From the NCBI RefSeq assembly GCF_006345805.1, contig NW_021824024.1, positions 1 to 19,721 on the forward strand: 19,721 nucleotides of DNA, in the 5' to 3' direction. Positions 19,386 through 19,721 of the stretch are shown piece after piece (within the stretch, counting starts at the first letter, position 1; the number at the start of each line of letters is the position of its first letter). The notes under the pieces are model-generated. The model saw nothing but the letters and a program-made list of their open reading frames with translations. It was not told where the DNA came from and did no database searches. The stretch comes from Octopus sinensis (lineage: Eukaryota). The position numbers were made by a program, and so were the translations under genes.

Positions 19386-19721
19386 GGTTGAGGAGTACAT
19401 TTCGGTAGTTTTTGTATACAGATTCGATCTGGCGGGCACCCCGTCCTCCCCCGTCCAGCTGAAAATGGGGCAGTGGCCCAATCACAAGACTGGACAGAAT
19501 GAGGCTGAACCAGTGGGGCGATTGCCTCAAAGTTCGTTTTGTCTGGGTTGAAGGATTTGGACAACCAAATCTGGACGTCGTGAACAGTTTTGGACATTTT
19601 CTTGACTCTACGAATAGAGCAAGGGATCACCTACGTTGGTATTCGTAGTACATTGTGTTGTAAATCTCGGAATTGATCTTTGTTCAGCACGAATATTCCC
19701 GTTGAATAATTTGAGGGCCAA

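Overview
AT-rich eukaryotic genomic DNA that is mostly transposon debris. Only two host genes are recognisable: a six-exon tetraspanin (4617-5374, +) whose introns are mostly 27-31 nt, and a tRNA-Val(AAC) (6643-6715, -). The first 4.5 kb is a resolvable nest of elements. A pogo/Tigger element (369-4492, TA target) contains a 5'-inverted, twin-primed-type insertion of a restriction-like-endonuclease (RLE) non-LTR retrotransposon (639-2838, 13-bp TSD). That insertion contains a non-autonomous Ginger-like element (822-2460, perfect 40-bp TIRs, 5-bp TSD, unidentified cargo). Further along are a decayed Ginger2-type integrase with its own 26-nt introns, a hAT element with intact ends (11112-13109), an RTE 3' end with TSD, a 5'-truncated APE-RT LINE with an intact RT region, other LINE/pogo/hAT remnants and an unassigned GC-richer segment with a decayed RING-like motif. 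The intron size suggests an animal with miniaturised introns such as a dicyemid (inference only). I see no clear new multi-gene system. All calls come from manual reading and motif recognition; no database searches were run.
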